A stretch of DNA of 64,000 nt from an uncultured virus (IMG/VR IMGVR_UViG_3300020049_001346) (IMGVR_UViG_3300020049_001346), one strand, 5' to 3'. Positions 10,439-21,614 are shown, counted from the stretch's first letter. The notes: a model not told the origin generated them from the letters alone. Numbers and translations are program-made.

Positions 10439-11230
10439 TTAAGGATTACTTTTGAAAATACTTGACTGCACATTATACAACTGTACCCTACTAGTTGCGG
10501 TATTCTCTAACTCAAACTGCATGAAGTACCCTCTTAGTCCATAAGACTCAGCCTGTAGGTTCTTAGAACATATCACCATGTCAGTTACAAGCGGAAGGCT
10601 TCCCCATACAGGATCTCCATCTACAACAATATAAACAAAGGTATCTATCGTTATAGACTTAGCTGTCCTTGATGTAATAGTACCTATGAACCGTGTTGAA
10701 GGTACTGTATTCAGTACCGTATCTATCGCTCCAGCGTATATCTCGCTACCTGTACTGATTATGCTTCCTATATCTCCTGCAAATGTTACAACAACTGCAG
10801 TTATAATAGAGTCATCAACAGACACTGGTACACCAATACCGTGGTTAGACCTCAGCTTAGGGTCGTTACTATTTGAAGCCCCACGTATGTACGCAAAGTA
10901 TCCACCCTCCTTCTCAACAAATTGAGATGCAGCAGCGGTACCCTTAGAAAGATCCGTGTAGAACGTACAGTCCCAAGGGTTATCGTCGTTAGTTACAAAC
11001 GTGTTGAAGTTCTTAACAGAGTTTGGTTCCACGTTGAATACACCAGTCACCTTTGACGTAAACTGATAGTTATAGAACTGGTTCCTTGTCTCGTTTACGT
11101 TGTGTCTCCACAGGTTTCCACCCTTAAATGTATAGAGGTAGCTGTTCATCCCTATTATCTTCTCTGGTATGTAAGAGAAGAATGATGTCCACCCCTGAGA
11201 CGAGTCGCTGTATGCTAGTGTGTTTGCCAT
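10439..11230 (-). CDS. Tail protein resembling the C-terminal part of crAss-like/P22 gp10-like tail stabilisation proteins
   Basis: TLAYS..GWTSFFSYIPE..N..YTFKGG.LW.H, EKEG.YFAYI and GLRGYF motifs. Confidence 0.6.
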   Translation of the reverse strand: MANTLAYSDSSQGWTSFFSYIPEKIIGMNSYLYTFKGGNLWRHNVNETRNQFYNYQFTSKVTGVFNVEPNSVKNFNTFVTNDDNPWDCTFYTDLSKGTAAASQFVEKEGGYFAYIRGASNSNDPKLRSNHGIGVPVSVDDSIITAVVVTFAGDIGSIISTGSEIYAGAIDTVLNTVPSTRFIGTITSRTAKSITIDTFVYIVVDGDPVWGSLPLVTDMVICSKNLQAESYGLRGYFMQFELENTATSRVQLYNVQSSIFKSNP

Positions 11231-11242
11231 ATTGTTATTTTA

Positions 11243-12196
11243 TTAAGGACATAGTCTAACTGAATACCATCGTGTTCCTGATGAGCCACCTGTAGCCCTA
11301 ATAGTAGCTACATTACTTATTAAGTAATCTGCAGCAGTGTACTTCCACCAAACAACCTGATCATATGTACGACCTCCTACAGTCATAGACGACACAACAT
11401 ATCCAGTATCACTTGTGTATTGTGATTGTCTTGTAGGAACTGTTCCTTTATTTGTTCCTATAAACTGATCCACTGGTAGGTTTGTACTATTTGGTAATGA
11501 ATTAGAAGGAAGCGTTCCCCATACGTTATCAAATGGTCCATAGTTTCCACCATAAGTTCCTGTAGCTGATTGAGATGTTGTAGCCTTCTTGTTTACTCCT
11601 CCGTTTTGTGGGAAACCGTGGTAAATCTCTAGTTTATCAACCTGTCCAATAGGATCAAAAAGAAATACAATTACGCCACCTGTTGAATTTAAGTTAACGT
11701 ATTGGTCACTTAATTCACGTCCTCCAGCATCTCCTTCTCCATCACAAGGAACTATAACTACTGTTGTAAAGTTAAGCTGGTTTCCATATATAGTCTGACC
11801 AAACACTATGGCATATGCCCTTACATAGTATGTAGTATAAACGCCTAATCCAGTGACATTTAGTGAGTAAGTACCTTGAGCTCTTACAGTGTCAGTAATA
11901 ACGCTATTAGCTGTAGTTGGATTAGGACTTGTACTGTACACAAAACCTCTAACAGCAGTGCTATCTCCACCGTTGTTTACAAAGTTACCGTTAAACGTAG
12001 CTGTAGTTTCAGCTAAGTTAGTTACAGACACAGTGACTACAGATGGACACATGGCAGTGTCTGATAACAATCCATTTATCTGATTTCTATAAACACCATC
12101 TATGGAGTAGTACCCGTCTGGAGCTATGATAGTTAGCAAGTCATCCAGGTATACTGATGTTGCGTTTGAAAAACTTATCGAGTTTATATAATACAT
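11243..12196 (-). CDS. Tail accessory protein with FN3-like domain
   Basis: APDGYYS motif, then TTATFNG..RGFVYST..TTYYVRAYA FN3-like module. Confidence 0.6.
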   Translation of the reverse strand: MYYINSISFSNATSVYLDDLLTIIAPDGYYSIDGVYRNQINGLLSDTAMCPSVVTVSVTNLAETTATFNGNFVNNGGDSTAVRGFVYSTSPNPTTANSVITDTVRAQGTYSLNVTGLGVYTTYYVRAYAIVFGQTIYGNQLNFTTVVIVPCDGEGDAGGRELSDQYVNLNSTGGVIVFLFDPIGQVDKLEIYHGFPQNGGVNKKATTSQSATGTYGGNYGPFDNVWGTLPSNSLPNSTNLPVDQFIGTNKGTVPTRQSQYTSDTGYVVSSMTVGGRTYDQVVWWKYTAADYLISNVATIRATGGSSGTRWYSVRLCP

Positions 12197-12208
12197 ATTA
12201 ATATTTTA

Positions 12209-15200
12209 TTAAACACTAGGTGTTGTTGTATCATTGTTATTTAATACACCTATCTTTGTTACTAGGTCATATGTTAATGTTGCAGCTCTTTGACCTGAAG
12301 ATAATGATTTGGTAGGAAGTCCATCACTTGTAATTACAATGCCAACAGAATCTATATTACCTGAATTAGTTGCTGTTGGATTTGTCCAGCAATAATATTG
12401 TCCTTGATAACATCCATCTTTTATAGGAGTTCCACCTTTCCACAATGTAGCAGCTACATTTACAGGATTAATACCAACTGTATTAAACCAGAAACATCTA
12501 GCATCTATAACAAAGTTAGTTGCTGATGGATAATTTATTTTAAATTGATTAACATCTATTAATACAGATTCAAATCCTACACCTTGGTTATCTCCTCCCC
12601 AAGTTAATATTGGTGTGCCAGTAATAGGCCATACACTTTTTAGATCCCATCCTATATATTCTTGCTGTGTATCTTGTCCAATGTCAGGAATAGCTATTCT
12701 AGTTCTTGTATCAAGGTCTAGTCCATCTGTAAACTCATATGTTAACATTATATAATCTGCATCAAAATAGAATGTACTTTCTCCTAATGTAAAAGTTACA
12801 CTATCACTACAGTCATTACTGTCTATTATTTCAACAGTATAAGATGTAGATGCTTGTAGTCCATTTATAACTAATGGAGACACTGCGGCTCCTTGTGCTA
12901 TAGAGTTTAATTCGTATGTAAACGGTCCAACTCCTCCTTCAAATATTATTGTTGCAGTTCCATTGTCACCTGGTATATTATCAGGATCTGTTGTTACAGT
13001 AGAAATTATCTCAACATCACAAGTAATTACAGATGTGGTTGTAAAAGGTATATCATCACCATATATAGTATCACCAAACACTATAGCGTAAGCCCTAACG
13101 TAGTAAGTAGTTCCACTATTTAGTGTAGTAGCATTTAATGAGTATGTTCCTTCAACTCCTGTTACGTCTGTTATTACACTGTTTGCAGTTGTTGGGTTTG
13201 GGCCTGTGCTGTATACAAAACCTCTAACAGCAAGAGTATCTCCGCCATTATTTGTAAAGTTACCGTTAAACGTAGCTGTAGTTTCAGTTACATTGGTTAT
13301 AGATACAGTTATTACATTAGGAGCACAAAAACACGCTTGAATATAAGAATTATAATCGTAACATAGGTCTGTCTCTGTGCTTATTGAATAGTCCCAAACC
13401 AAGTATAGGTACTTGTATCTGTTTGGGTTATCGTATAAAAAGCTAGCCTCGTAGTTTCCAGTTGACGGGTTAGATACTGGAACTGCTAAATCTAGTTCAC
13501 CCTTCAATAAGTTAATCTCACTCTCTGAGTATAGAGTGTCAGACACTAGATACTTAAAGTTATTATTATCAAATACAAACGTGTCGTCAGTTAGTTTATT
13601 AGAGCTCATCTTAACTGTACTTCCAAACGCAGGTATAGGTCCAAAAGATGCCATCGCTGTATCCTCATCGTATAGAGACACAGTGTCGCTCTCCATTATT
13701 ACAAAGTCAGTATTAGTTGAACTTGTATGAGGTCCAAGCGTCCAGTTATAGTTATTATGTATTGTCTTACCTATGTCATCAACGGAGTTCAATACAACTC
13801 TAACTACAGTAATCTCTTCAGATTCAGCACAGTTAAATAGTAAACTATATGTAGCACCTACAGGAGACATCTCAACCTCTATTACAGATGGTTCTATTAG
13901 TGACTTATAAAAAGAATAGAATCCACTTCCAGTCATTATCTCGTTTATAACTTCAATGCCATTATATCTTACAATTATACTAGATGATCCAGAAGAGAAG
14001 TTATAATCAAGTACAACATCTCCTATTAAACTTCCAACCTCAACATTGAAAAATAATGGAGTTGATATATTATCTTGAGATATTGTTGTTCCACAGTTAT
14101 ATAGTATAGGCTCAGATGGTAACTTATTGTCACTAAGGGTTAGCACGTACTCCTTCATATATGGGTCGTATCCTCCTATATTTTGATATCCAAATCTACC
14201 CTTGAACTGGTTCCTAAACCAGTTATTCATTCCGTAACTAGATATAGGAATTAAGTCGTCTCCCTTTAAGTTAAGAACTACATTTCTCTTTGTATCAGTG
14301 AAGTAAGAGTCATATCCATAAACAACAAAACTCTCTGGGTTGCCACTTATACCGTACTCCTCTATCCTTGCTATCTGAGTTCCAAGTACCTCTGGAGTAG
14401 CTGTTATTGCTCCACCTCCAGCTGCATCAGAAAGTAAGTTCTTACCAACCAGCACATTTGATACCTTATCCTCTTGAAGCACAAGTACATCTGTCTTCCT
14501 TCCATGCATCACATTAATTGGTCCGAACGACTTCTCACAGTCCTTCCAGTTTACAAGGGCTAGGTTGAACTCGTTAAGTTTATTTAGATTTGTCTCTGCG
14601 TTATATATACCGCTGTATGTGATACCAGCGTACCTGTGAGCCTCCTTAAAGTCTTCCTGAGATACTGCAGTAACCCTGCTACCTAAGTAGAATGGAGCTC
14701 CAGTTAGAGTGTCTTTTATCTTATAACTCTCAACTCCATTTCCAAATGAGAAACAGTTAAAGAATTCTAAGTCTATAATCGCATTCTGAGACTCAGTCTG
14801 ATTCTGATCATTATCTCTATTTCCACTCATGTGATACCCATCAACTATATCAAAGCTCTGACTGTTCTCAAAGTATATCTCACCGTTTGAAGGCTCTGCT
14901 TTAGTCTCAAATATTAAAACTCCAGCTGCCGTCTGAACCTTTATATCTACATTAACCATAGACCTTCTTCCATTTGGACTACTACATCCAGGCATTCCTG
15001 TTGTTGCAACAAACCTAAGCCTTCCCTGTTCATAAGTAAGTCCGTATTTATCTATTTCTATGTCTCCAGTGTCTGCATTCTCTGCCTGAAATAAAAAATT
15101 ATTTACAAAGTTTCCACTTAAAGCCTTTAAAACTTTATCTCCAACCACTGGTCCAGAAGATGTTGACCATCCTAAAAATGTTGTACGGACAACTGGATCA

Positions 15201-17707
15201 CCAAGAGATCCTTCTCCGCCACCTTGAGTCATCTCATTCAGATTAGGTCCCTCTGCATTAAACCAGTCGAACATATTGTCGTAGTCGTTTCCTGATACAA
15301 AATTTTTTGAGTATGTGTAAAAATAACTATCACAACTGCCTCCTCTATATGCCCTATCCGCATGAACGTAAAAAGATATCTGACTTCCAGCAGGAATTAC
15401 AAATGGTCTATACTGTCTATTTGTTGGAGATACGGCTATAAGTGGTTTAAATTCTGGATTTAACTCATCAAAGTAATACTGAACGTAATTTCTATTAGCT
15501 ATACGTCCAGGCCATCTAAATGAGTCAGGATCATACTCTGCAGAAAAACCTGACGGTCTAAGTTTCATATACAATCCTGAAGGCTCAATTATCTCTGAAC
15601 CACCCTCATTCTTATTTCCGATTATAAAATTATTAGGCTGAGATACAAGACCTAAAACAGTTGTCTCAATAAGATTGTTAACAATACCATTTGTGTCAGA
15701 CTTAACTATAAGCGTTTGATTTTCAACTACCTTCTGTCTATTCTCACCCTCTAATTTAAACCATACCTCTTCTGCAGTATCAGGATAAAATAATCCTGAA
15801 TACACGGTCTCATAAGAAGATACAGACTGCTTTAGAACAAACTTATATTTTGTAGCCCAATCAGGAGGGCGGCTATATATTGTAGCCCTAATATTATTTA
15901 TAGAGTCTGAATTATCAGGACCTATATACACTGTGTTATTTGTATCAACAAGAGCTGTAGAACTTCTTAGATAATTATCCATATACACAATTGCAAGCTC
16001 GTAATCTCTATTACTGTGTAAACTTCTCTTAGCTCCTAATTTGGTAAAAAAAGCATCTGTAACTGAATTCTTAAAGTACTGATACGCATATAAAAAAGTC
16101 CCAGTTGGAAACTCTGTTTCAAATTTTACAGCAGGGCACTGTATCCCAATTATATTGCTACCTGGTGTAGCATCTATTAAGAACGCCCCTCCTATCGATG
16201 TTATTCCACTATCTATATCGTCCCACTGAGGATATGTTCCGTCACCTGGTTTTCCAACTTTATCCCTGTTATACACATCTGTTAGAGAGTTCCCTTTAGT
16301 TGCATCAGCGTATGGCTTGTGTGTAGATACGGCGTCTTTAAATTCCTGACTTGTAGCCATCTCAAATACAGAGCTATAGTCTTTTGACAATACAAAAATA
16401 AACGAATATGAAAAGTTATTTGCAGAACCTGGACCTGGAGATTCAGTAGTATTAAACGCAGGATTTCCAGAGTACGAGTCATGTATAATTTCAAAATTAA
16501 TTATTAATGCATAATCTTTTTTTAAACTCTTTCCTGTAAGATCTATATTTAACATAGATAACGGAATATTTTTAGTCGTATCTATTGTATATAGAATTCC
16601 ATTACTATATGTAACATTTACCGTGTCTTCTGATGCATATGTGCTTACAACATCTAGTGAATAGTTTACCTGACCTACATCGTATCCATCTACGTAGTTC
16701 CCATACATTATCCTATTTCCAATAGATGTCTGAGCCTTTGCTATCCTAGGGACATTATCATATAATCTCAACAACTCACTCTCTAAAAGTACAGTATATA
16801 TCTTTCTATTTGTAAATACTAATGACGTTGGTTTATTGTCAATCCACTCTTCTTTTTTCTTATCAAACTTCTCTATTACATTTATTATATTTGAGTCTGA
16901 AGCCTTAAAGCATATGTCAATTCCAACAACCTGTCTTGGCCCAGTGTTAAACTTTATAATTATTGAATTAAAAGAATTTGTCATCCCTAAATTTTCAAAA
17001 TTATTGTAATCTAACTCAAACTGTCTAGGCTCAAATGCTATGTCTGAGAACTGAGAAAGAGCGCTGTACTCTCCGTCATTGTACTTGTATCTATAAGAAA
17101 AAGATAAAAACTTTTCTAGAACATAGTTCTCATCTCCTCCAGAGTCATATAACGAAACTTCTGGAGCGCTCATAGGTGGAGCAACTATTACAGATATGTC
17201 ACTCTCATCAAATGTAGCGTAACTGCTTTTTACATTAATTCTCCTTGGAGGGTTCAAGTTGTCCGTCCAAAACAATAAGTCGTCAATCTTATTTATACCA
17301 TTTATAAGGTAATCCTTATCGAATTTTAAAATAGGATTTAACGATAAAGATACTAGGTGGTAAAATAAAGTGCTAGTGTTTGTGTTGTATGACAAGACAA
17401 GGTCAGCATCTGTAGATGTTACAAACCAATATATGGTCTCGTTTGAACTGTCCTCGTACGCACCTATGCATCTAGCATCACCACTTATGTACTGTATGTT
17501 TGGTGTTAGTAGAGTATTTCCCTTAGAGTTCTCTATAGCACCAACACTTCCTAAGTCTGAGTTGCTAGAGGCTCCAAGCTCTGATGATCCAATTCTTATA
17601 TTTAAAGCGTCAATATATTCACCTGGTTTAATAAATCTCTCGTCAAGATCCTTATTCATTTTACCAGCATAGAATAATGCCTCAGCTGTATTTAGTGCAT
17701 CTGCCAT
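12209..17707 (-). CDS. Tail stabilisation/nozzle protein with C-terminal FN3/Ig-like extensions
   Basis: GKMNKDLDER..GEYIDALNIR N-terminus; LLFWTDN.NPPRRIN, FSYRYKY.DGEYSALSQFS and GNRIMYGNY motifs of crAss-like stabilisation proteins. Confidence 0.75.
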   Translation of the reverse strand: MADALNTAEALFYAGKMNKDLDERFIKPGEYIDALNIRIGSSELGASSNSDLGSVGAIENSKGNTLLTPNIQYISGDARCIGAYEDSSNETIYWFVTSTDADLVLSYNTNTSTLFYHLVSLSLNPILKFDKDYLINGINKIDDLLFWTDNLNPPRRINVKSSYATFDESDISVIVAPPMSAPEVSLYDSGGDENYVLEKFLSFSYRYKYNDGEYSALSQFSDIAFEPRQFELDYNNFENLGMTNSFNSIIIKFNTGPRQVVGIDICFKASDSNIINVIEKFDKKKEEWIDNKPTSLVFTNRKIYTVLLESELLRLYDNVPRIAKAQTSIGNRIMYGNYVDGYDVGQVNYSLDVVSTYASEDTVNVTYSNGILYTIDTTKNIPLSMLNIDLTGKSLKKDYALIINFEIIHDSYSGNPAFNTTESPGPGSANNFSYSFIFVLSKDYSSVFEMATSQEFKDAVSTHKPYADATKGNSLTDVYNRDKVGKPGDGTYPQWDDIDSGITSIGGAFLIDATPGSNIIGIQCPAVKFETEFPTGTFLYAYQYFKNSVTDAFFTKLGAKRSLHSNRDYELAIVYMDNYLRSSTALVDTNNTVYIGPDNSDSINNIRATIYSRPPDWATKYKFVLKQSVSSYETVYSGLFYPDTAEEVWFKLEGENRQKVVENQTLIVKSDTNGIVNNLIETTVLGLVSQPNNFIIGNKNEGGSEIIEPSGLYMKLRPSGFSAEYDPDSFRWPGRIANRNYVQYYFDELNPEFKPLIAVSPTNRQYRPFVIPAGSQISFYVHADRAYRGGSCDSYFYTYSKNFVSGNDYDNMFDWFNAEGPNLNEMTQGGGEGSLGDPVVRTTFLGWSTSSGPVVGDKVLKALSGNFVNNFLFQAENADTGDIEIDKYGLTYEQGRLRFVATTGMPGCSSPNGRRSMVNVDIKVQTAAGVLIFETKAEPSNGEIYFENSQSFDIVDGYHMSGNRDNDQNQTESQNAIIDLEFFNCFSFGNGVESYKIKDTLTGAPFYLGSRVTAVSQEDFKEAHRYAGITYSGIYNAETNLNKLNEFNLALVNWKDCEKSFGPINVMHGRKTDVLVLQEDKVSNVLVGKNLLSDAAGGGAITATPEVLGTQIARIEEYGISGNPESFVVYGYDSYFTDTKRNVVLNLKGDDLIPISSYGMNNWFRNQFKGRFGYQNIGGYDPYMKEYVLTLSDNKLPSEPILYNCGTTISQDNISTPLFFNVEVGSLIGDVVLDYNFSSGSSSIIVRYNGIEVINEIMTGSGFYSFYKSLIEPSVIEVEMSPVGATYSLLFNCAESEEITVVRVVLNSVDDIGKTIHNNYNWTLGPHTSSTNTDFVIMESDTVSLYDEDTAMASFGPIPAFGSTVKMSSNKLTDDTFVFDNNNFKYLVSDTLYSESEINLLKGELDLAVPVSNPSTGNYEASFLYDNPNRYKYLYLVWDYSISTETDLCYDYNSYIQACFCAPNVITVSITNVTETTATFNGNFTNNGGDTLAVRGFVYSTGPNPTTANSVITDVTGVEGTYSLNATTLNSGTTYYVRAYAIVFGDTIYGDDIPFTTTSVITCDVEIISTVTTDPDNIPGDNGTATIIFEGGVGPFTYELNSIAQGAAVSPLVINGLQASTSYTVEIIDSNDCSDSVTFTLGESTFYFDADYIMLTYEFTDGLDLDTRTRIAIPDIGQDTQQEYIGWDLKSVWPITGTPILTWGGDNQGVGFESVLIDVNQFKINYPSATNFVIDARCFWFNTVGINPVNVAATLWKGGTPIKDGCYQGQYYCWTNPTATNSGNIDSVGIVITSDGLPTKSLSSGQRAATLTYDLVTKIGVLNNNDTTTPSV

Positions 17708-17709
17708 AT

Positions 17710-18627
17710 CTATTTAATCCATTTATCTTTACCTCTCATGTTCATAAGAAGTCTGCCTGGGTGAATATTTCCAATTCTTATTCTGGTATTCCTTAGTATA
17801 GCGGTCTTCTCCTTCTTGGCTCTCTGTACAACGTACTCCTGAACACCGAACTTAGAGTTAAGTATCTGGTACTTAATATAAGCATATATAAACTCCTCTG
17901 CCATCTTGTTTACACTTACGCTAGAGTCGTCGCCATTCTCCATACCATCTGAAACGTACTCAAGGATACATAGCTCACCAGCCATTCCAGAACCAAAGTT
18001 TATAACTCCAGACTTCTTATCAATTCTGTATGTAGGATTAATGTTAGCTGTTTCTGTATTAAGACCAAATCTAGAACCAATAGGGTAGTCGAAGTACCAC
18101 ATTCCATTGTAATTGAAACCCTCTCTGCCACTAAACGGACCAGATCCTGGATACATAGTCTTCTGTTGGTTAGTTATTCTATCGTTGTCCATAATAGACG
18201 TACCCTCTAAGATATCACCATCCTGATCAAATAAAATTCTACAGTTGTTGTCCTGTAGGTAACTGTTACTATAGTTTGTCTGTATGTTCTCTGTAAGTGG
18301 ACGAAGTATGCCGTCCTTATATAAGGAAATCCTTACGTAGTTTACATAATTATCTGGAAGAACAAACTTAAGGTCGTCACATATACTTATCTCAAGAACC
18401 TTTATCTCCTTAAGTGCATCGTAATTTATCTCTTGAATACCTCTCTTTGCATGGAACAGTACATTGTATCTTGACACGTTGTTTATTAACTTGTCGTTAC
18501 CAACATACATCAACATAAAGTTATTTACAACATCCTCTAGAGACAGGTACTGGTACGAACCCCAGTTCTCTCCCTCTGGATTCTCTCCAGAATTTTCATA
18601 GTACTGATAACCAGTTAAGTATGCCAT
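17710..18627 (-). CDS. Tail ring/adaptor protein
   Basis: LPDNYVNYVRIS and ILEYVSDG motifs; position upstream of the nozzle gene. Confidence 0.6.
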   Translation of the reverse strand: MAYLTGYQYYENSGENPEGENWGSYQYLSLEDVVNNFMLMYVGNDKLINNVSRYNVLFHAKRGIQEINYDALKEIKVLEISICDDLKFVLPDNYVNYVRISLYKDGILRPLTENIQTNYSNSYLQDNNCRILFDQDGDILEGTSIMDNDRITNQQKTMYPGSGPFSGREGFNYNGMWYFDYPIGSRFGLNTETANINPTYRIDKKSGVINFGSGMAGELCILEYVSDGMENGDDSSVSVNKMAEEFIYAYIKYQILNSKFGVQEYVVQRAKKEKTAILRNTRIRIGNIHPGRLLMNMRGKDKWIK

Positions 18628-18629
18628 TA

Positions 18630-19322
18630 TTATCCTTGTATTTGTTTATTACTATTCTGCTCATTAGTGCCAAATTGGTACACATCACCCTCTCTAATAG
18701 ATAGGCCAGCATACTTTAATATCTTTGCTACTAGTAGAGGCTCGTCAGTAAGAGGAAGCTCAAAGTCTTGGTAGTCACTATTTTGATTAAATATAGGAGC
18801 CCCATTAACCATTATATATGTCCACTTAGGATCCTTTGGTATTCTTATGTACTGAGACTTAACATTAGATGTAATTGTATCTGGGTACACAGTAATGTAG
18901 TTCCCCTCCTGAGTGTAGGCTGGATATGACTTAGATGGCGACGTTAGGTTAGACGAAAGCAGGTTTAATACCTTGTCATGTGACAGTCTATCTATCTCCT
19001 TTGAACCGTATCTAATTGTGTTTGAGTAGTAGTAGTCCTCAGGAAGCTCGAATATGTTTGAACCTAACCCAAGTGGATCAAGTGTTGCTGTAGAAGATAG
19101 GCTATCTATTACCTCCTCTACAAGTTTAACCATGTCCGCATATCCAGTACCAGACTGTCTATTGTTCATCTTATTTATCCACGTGTTGTACTGGTAAAAA
19201 TAATCTTCAAATATATCTATCTGTGCCTGCTTAGCATATAAATTAAAGTCATCTGGGGTTATGTATCCAAAATTATTTTTATTTACAGCAGCCAGGACTG
19301 TGTTTCTTACTGAGTCTATCAT
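18630..19322 (-). CDS. Tail tubular/head-tail adaptor protein
   Basis: NKNNFGYITPDDFN..AQ, LPEDY, YIRIPKDPKW and DFELP motifs typical of crAss-like ring proteins. Confidence 0.65.
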   Translation of the reverse strand: MIDSVRNTVLAAVNKNNFGYITPDDFNLYAKQAQIDIFEDYFYQYNTWINKMNNRQSGTGYADMVKLVEEVIDSLSSTATLDPLGLGSNIFELPEDYYYSNTIRYGSKEIDRLSHDKVLNLLSSNLTSPSKSYPAYTQEGNYITVYPDTITSNVKSQYIRIPKDPKWTYIMVNGAPIFNQNSDYQDFELPLTDEPLLVAKILKYAGLSIREGDVYQFGTNEQNSNKQIQG

Positions 19323-19338
19323 TATTAAAAACTTTTTA

Positions 19339-19379
19339 CAAAGATAGCAAAAAAAAACACCCCTTATTTTGGAGTGTTT
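19339..19379 (-). terminator. Intrinsic terminator followed immediately by a -7 box (TATCTTTG, 19339-19346)
   Basis: Minus strand AAACACTCC..GGGGTGTTT plus T run, then TATCTTTG upstream of 19322. Confidence 0.6.
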
Positions 19380-19387
19380 AATTTGAA

Positions 19388-20128
19388 TTACTTGATGTTA
19401 TTCTCTAATAACTTTAAGACCTCAATCCCTTCGTCTGTCTGAAGGTATGATGCAAGTATGTAGTTCTTATCCTCTCCGTATGGAACGGTAAGTATTTTCT
19501 TCTTATTTTGTGGTAAGTTAAAGTAGATGTCTCTGTCCTTATTCTTCATAACAATTATATTGTACTCAAAGAACTTAGCGCAGGTATTCTGTAACTTTAA
19601 CATAGGATCGTTAAGCATATTCAAGAAATCTGATGGGTACGACCTTGCATAAACAAACACGTCTCTCTTAAGCTCTGCTGTAGACATCTTCTCGATGTTT
19701 GCACCTAATAAAACTCTAGCAACTGCCTCTAGCATCTCAACATTTAAGTCTCTAGCTGCTAACTGAGCGTCTAGTTCTGCGTTAAAGTATTCGATATCGC
19801 TTGCAGCATTCTGCTCATTGTTAACCTCTTCGAAGACATCTCCATATCCTGGATGTAGAGATAAGAAGTGCTGTAGAACTGGATTTGTTTTAGGAACAAC
19901 TAGTGCCCCATCAACAAAAACAATCGGCTCTAGTATAGAGTTTCCGTCCTGTTCTTCCTCGAATGGTGATTTTTGATTTACGGCATAACGTAATGCCCTG
20001 TTTGATGTTCCATCGAAGTGAAGTAGAGGTGCTCTACGTGTGTTTCTTGATGATAACATGTAAGTAAGTGGAGTTGAGTCTCCCTTTAGAATGTAGATCT
20101 TATCTACTGATACTGCTTGATTTTTCAT
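19388..20128 (-). CDS. Conserved hypothetical protein downstream of the capsid gene
   Basis: 246-aa ORF with A-rich leader. Confidence 0.7.
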   Translation of the reverse strand: MKNQAVSVDKIYILKGDSTPLTYMLSSRNTRRAPLLHFDGTSNRALRYAVNQKSPFEEEQDGNSILEPIVFVDGALVVPKTNPVLQHFLSLHPGYGDVFEEVNNEQNAASDIEYFNAELDAQLAARDLNVEMLEAVARVLLGANIEKMSTAELKRDVFVYARSYPSDFLNMLNDPMLKLQNTCAKFFEYNIIVMKNKDRDIYFNLPQNKKKILTVPYGEDKNYILASYLQTDEGIEVLKLLENNIK

Positions 20129-20148
20129 TTGATGTGATTTAATTTATT

Positions 20149-20178
20149 AAAAAGAACACGGCGATAATCGCCGTGTCC
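20149..20178 (-). terminator. Hairpin/terminator after the major capsid gene
   Basis: ACACGGCGA-TAA-TCGCCGTGT perfect 9-bp stem with T run on the minus strand. Confidence 0.7.
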
Positions 20179-20192
20179 AATATTAAGGTATT

Positions 20193-21614
20193 CTAGTTTG
20201 TGAATAAGAAGAAGTTATTAGCTCCTAATGTACATAAAGCTCTCTCAGATAAGAAGTGAACCTCCATTGCATCTAAGCTAGAGTTTTGTGCTCCACCTGC
20301 AGAACCTGTGATCCAAGTCTTGTAACGTCTGTCTTCTGTCTCAGAAGCTCTGTAACGTACGTGTAAGAATGGACGTTTAGCGTTTTTACCAAGAACTTGA
20401 TCGTATACTGTAGTAGATCCAGCTGGAACTAATACACCATTGATAGCACCACCAACGATACCACCTCTAAGGGCTGCATCATTTAAGTACTTCCAGTCAG
20501 TCTTGTAGAAGTCATAACCTCTACGGAAACCTGTGAACCCTAAGTTCAATGCCATCTCCTTGTCGTTATCAAACAAACCGTAAGATGTACCACCTGCTCC
20601 GTAAGAGTTTTGAGCTGCTAACATATCGTCAATGTCGAAAGAGAACTGACGGTTGATGAACAATACGTTCTCTTCGATAGCACCTTGCTTGTCAAGTCTC
20701 TTGATGATCTCATCAAAGTCAGACAATGCAGTTGGGTTACCACCACTGAATACGTTACCTCTGTTTCCAATAACGTAGAACATACCCTCAGACCCTTTGT
20801 TTCCTACAGCAGTAGTAGCAATAGCTCCAGAAGCTGCCTCAGCAGGAACTGCCTCGATCATAGACATCTCTAAGTAATCCTCGAAACGCAAACGAGTTTC
20901 GTGCTCTGATTTAATGTACCACAAGAATCCTGTAGCTCCATTCTCAGTTGTAACCTCAATCCATCCAATCTGAGCCATGTCAGATCCAGTAACAGCGTAC
21001 TTCTCTTTGATGATGATTGGGTTGTTAGAGAAGATAGAGTCAGAAGCCTCAACAGACTCAACCATACCTTGTGTTCCTTTTCTGAACTCAGAACCGTATA
21101 CAAAACAACTTACAGTATCTGTAGCTGCAAATGTTTGTCCTGCAGCTGCGTAGTATGCAACATCAAATGTGTTAGCAGAAGAAGATACAGCTGTGATGAT
21201 ACCCTTGTTTGATTTTGAAGACGCGTTGTCAGAGATCAATACCGTTTGTCCAACTTTAAACGCAATTCTAGCAGTACCAGAAAGGTTAGAAGATGGGATC
21301 AATGTGTCAGAAACTGTGATTGTTGCAGTATCAGCTCCAGCTGCTGCTCCAGAGGCACAGTTAACGTACTTAGTGTGTAGACGCCCTTGTTCAGCCCACT
21401 TGATAAGGTCTGATGTAGATGGCATCTCAGCTCCAACAGCTCTTAAGAAAGATGCTACTGAGCGATTTCCATATCGTTCGAACTCTTTCTCGTAAGTATC
21501 AGGAAGATACTGGTTCAAGAAATTGAAGTCCGTGATGTAATTTGTTGCAAGAGTTTGTCTCGTTGCGCTTGGTTGTAATGCGAACCCTGGGGTACTTGCT
21601 ACTTGTGCTGGCAT
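20193..21614 (-). CDS. Major capsid protein
   Basis: 473 aa after portal and scaffold; QYLPD.YEKE.ERYG, KWAEQGRLH and FLSERALCTLGANNF motifs; followed by a terminator. Confidence 0.85.
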   Translation of the reverse strand: MPAQVASTPGFALQPSATRQTLATNYITDFNFLNQYLPDTYEKEFERYGNRSVASFLRAVGAEMPSTSDLIKWAEQGRLHTKYVNCASGAAAGADTATITVSDTLIPSSNLSGTARIAFKVGQTVLISDNASSKSNKGIITAVSSSANTFDVAYYAAAGQTFAATDTVSCFVYGSEFRKGTQGMVESVEASDSIFSNNPIIIKEKYAVTGSDMAQIGWIEVTTENGATGFLWYIKSEHETRLRFEDYLEMSMIEAVPAEAASGAIATTAVGNKGSEGMFYVIGNRGNVFSGGNPTALSDFDEIIKRLDKQGAIEENVLFINRQFSFDIDDMLAAQNSYGAGGTSYGLFDNDKEMALNLGFTGFRRGYDFYKTDWKYLNDAALRGGIVGGAINGVLVPAGSTTVYDQVLGKNAKRPFLHVRYRASETEDRRYKTWITGSAGGAQNSSLDAMEVHFLSERALCTLGANNFFLFTN

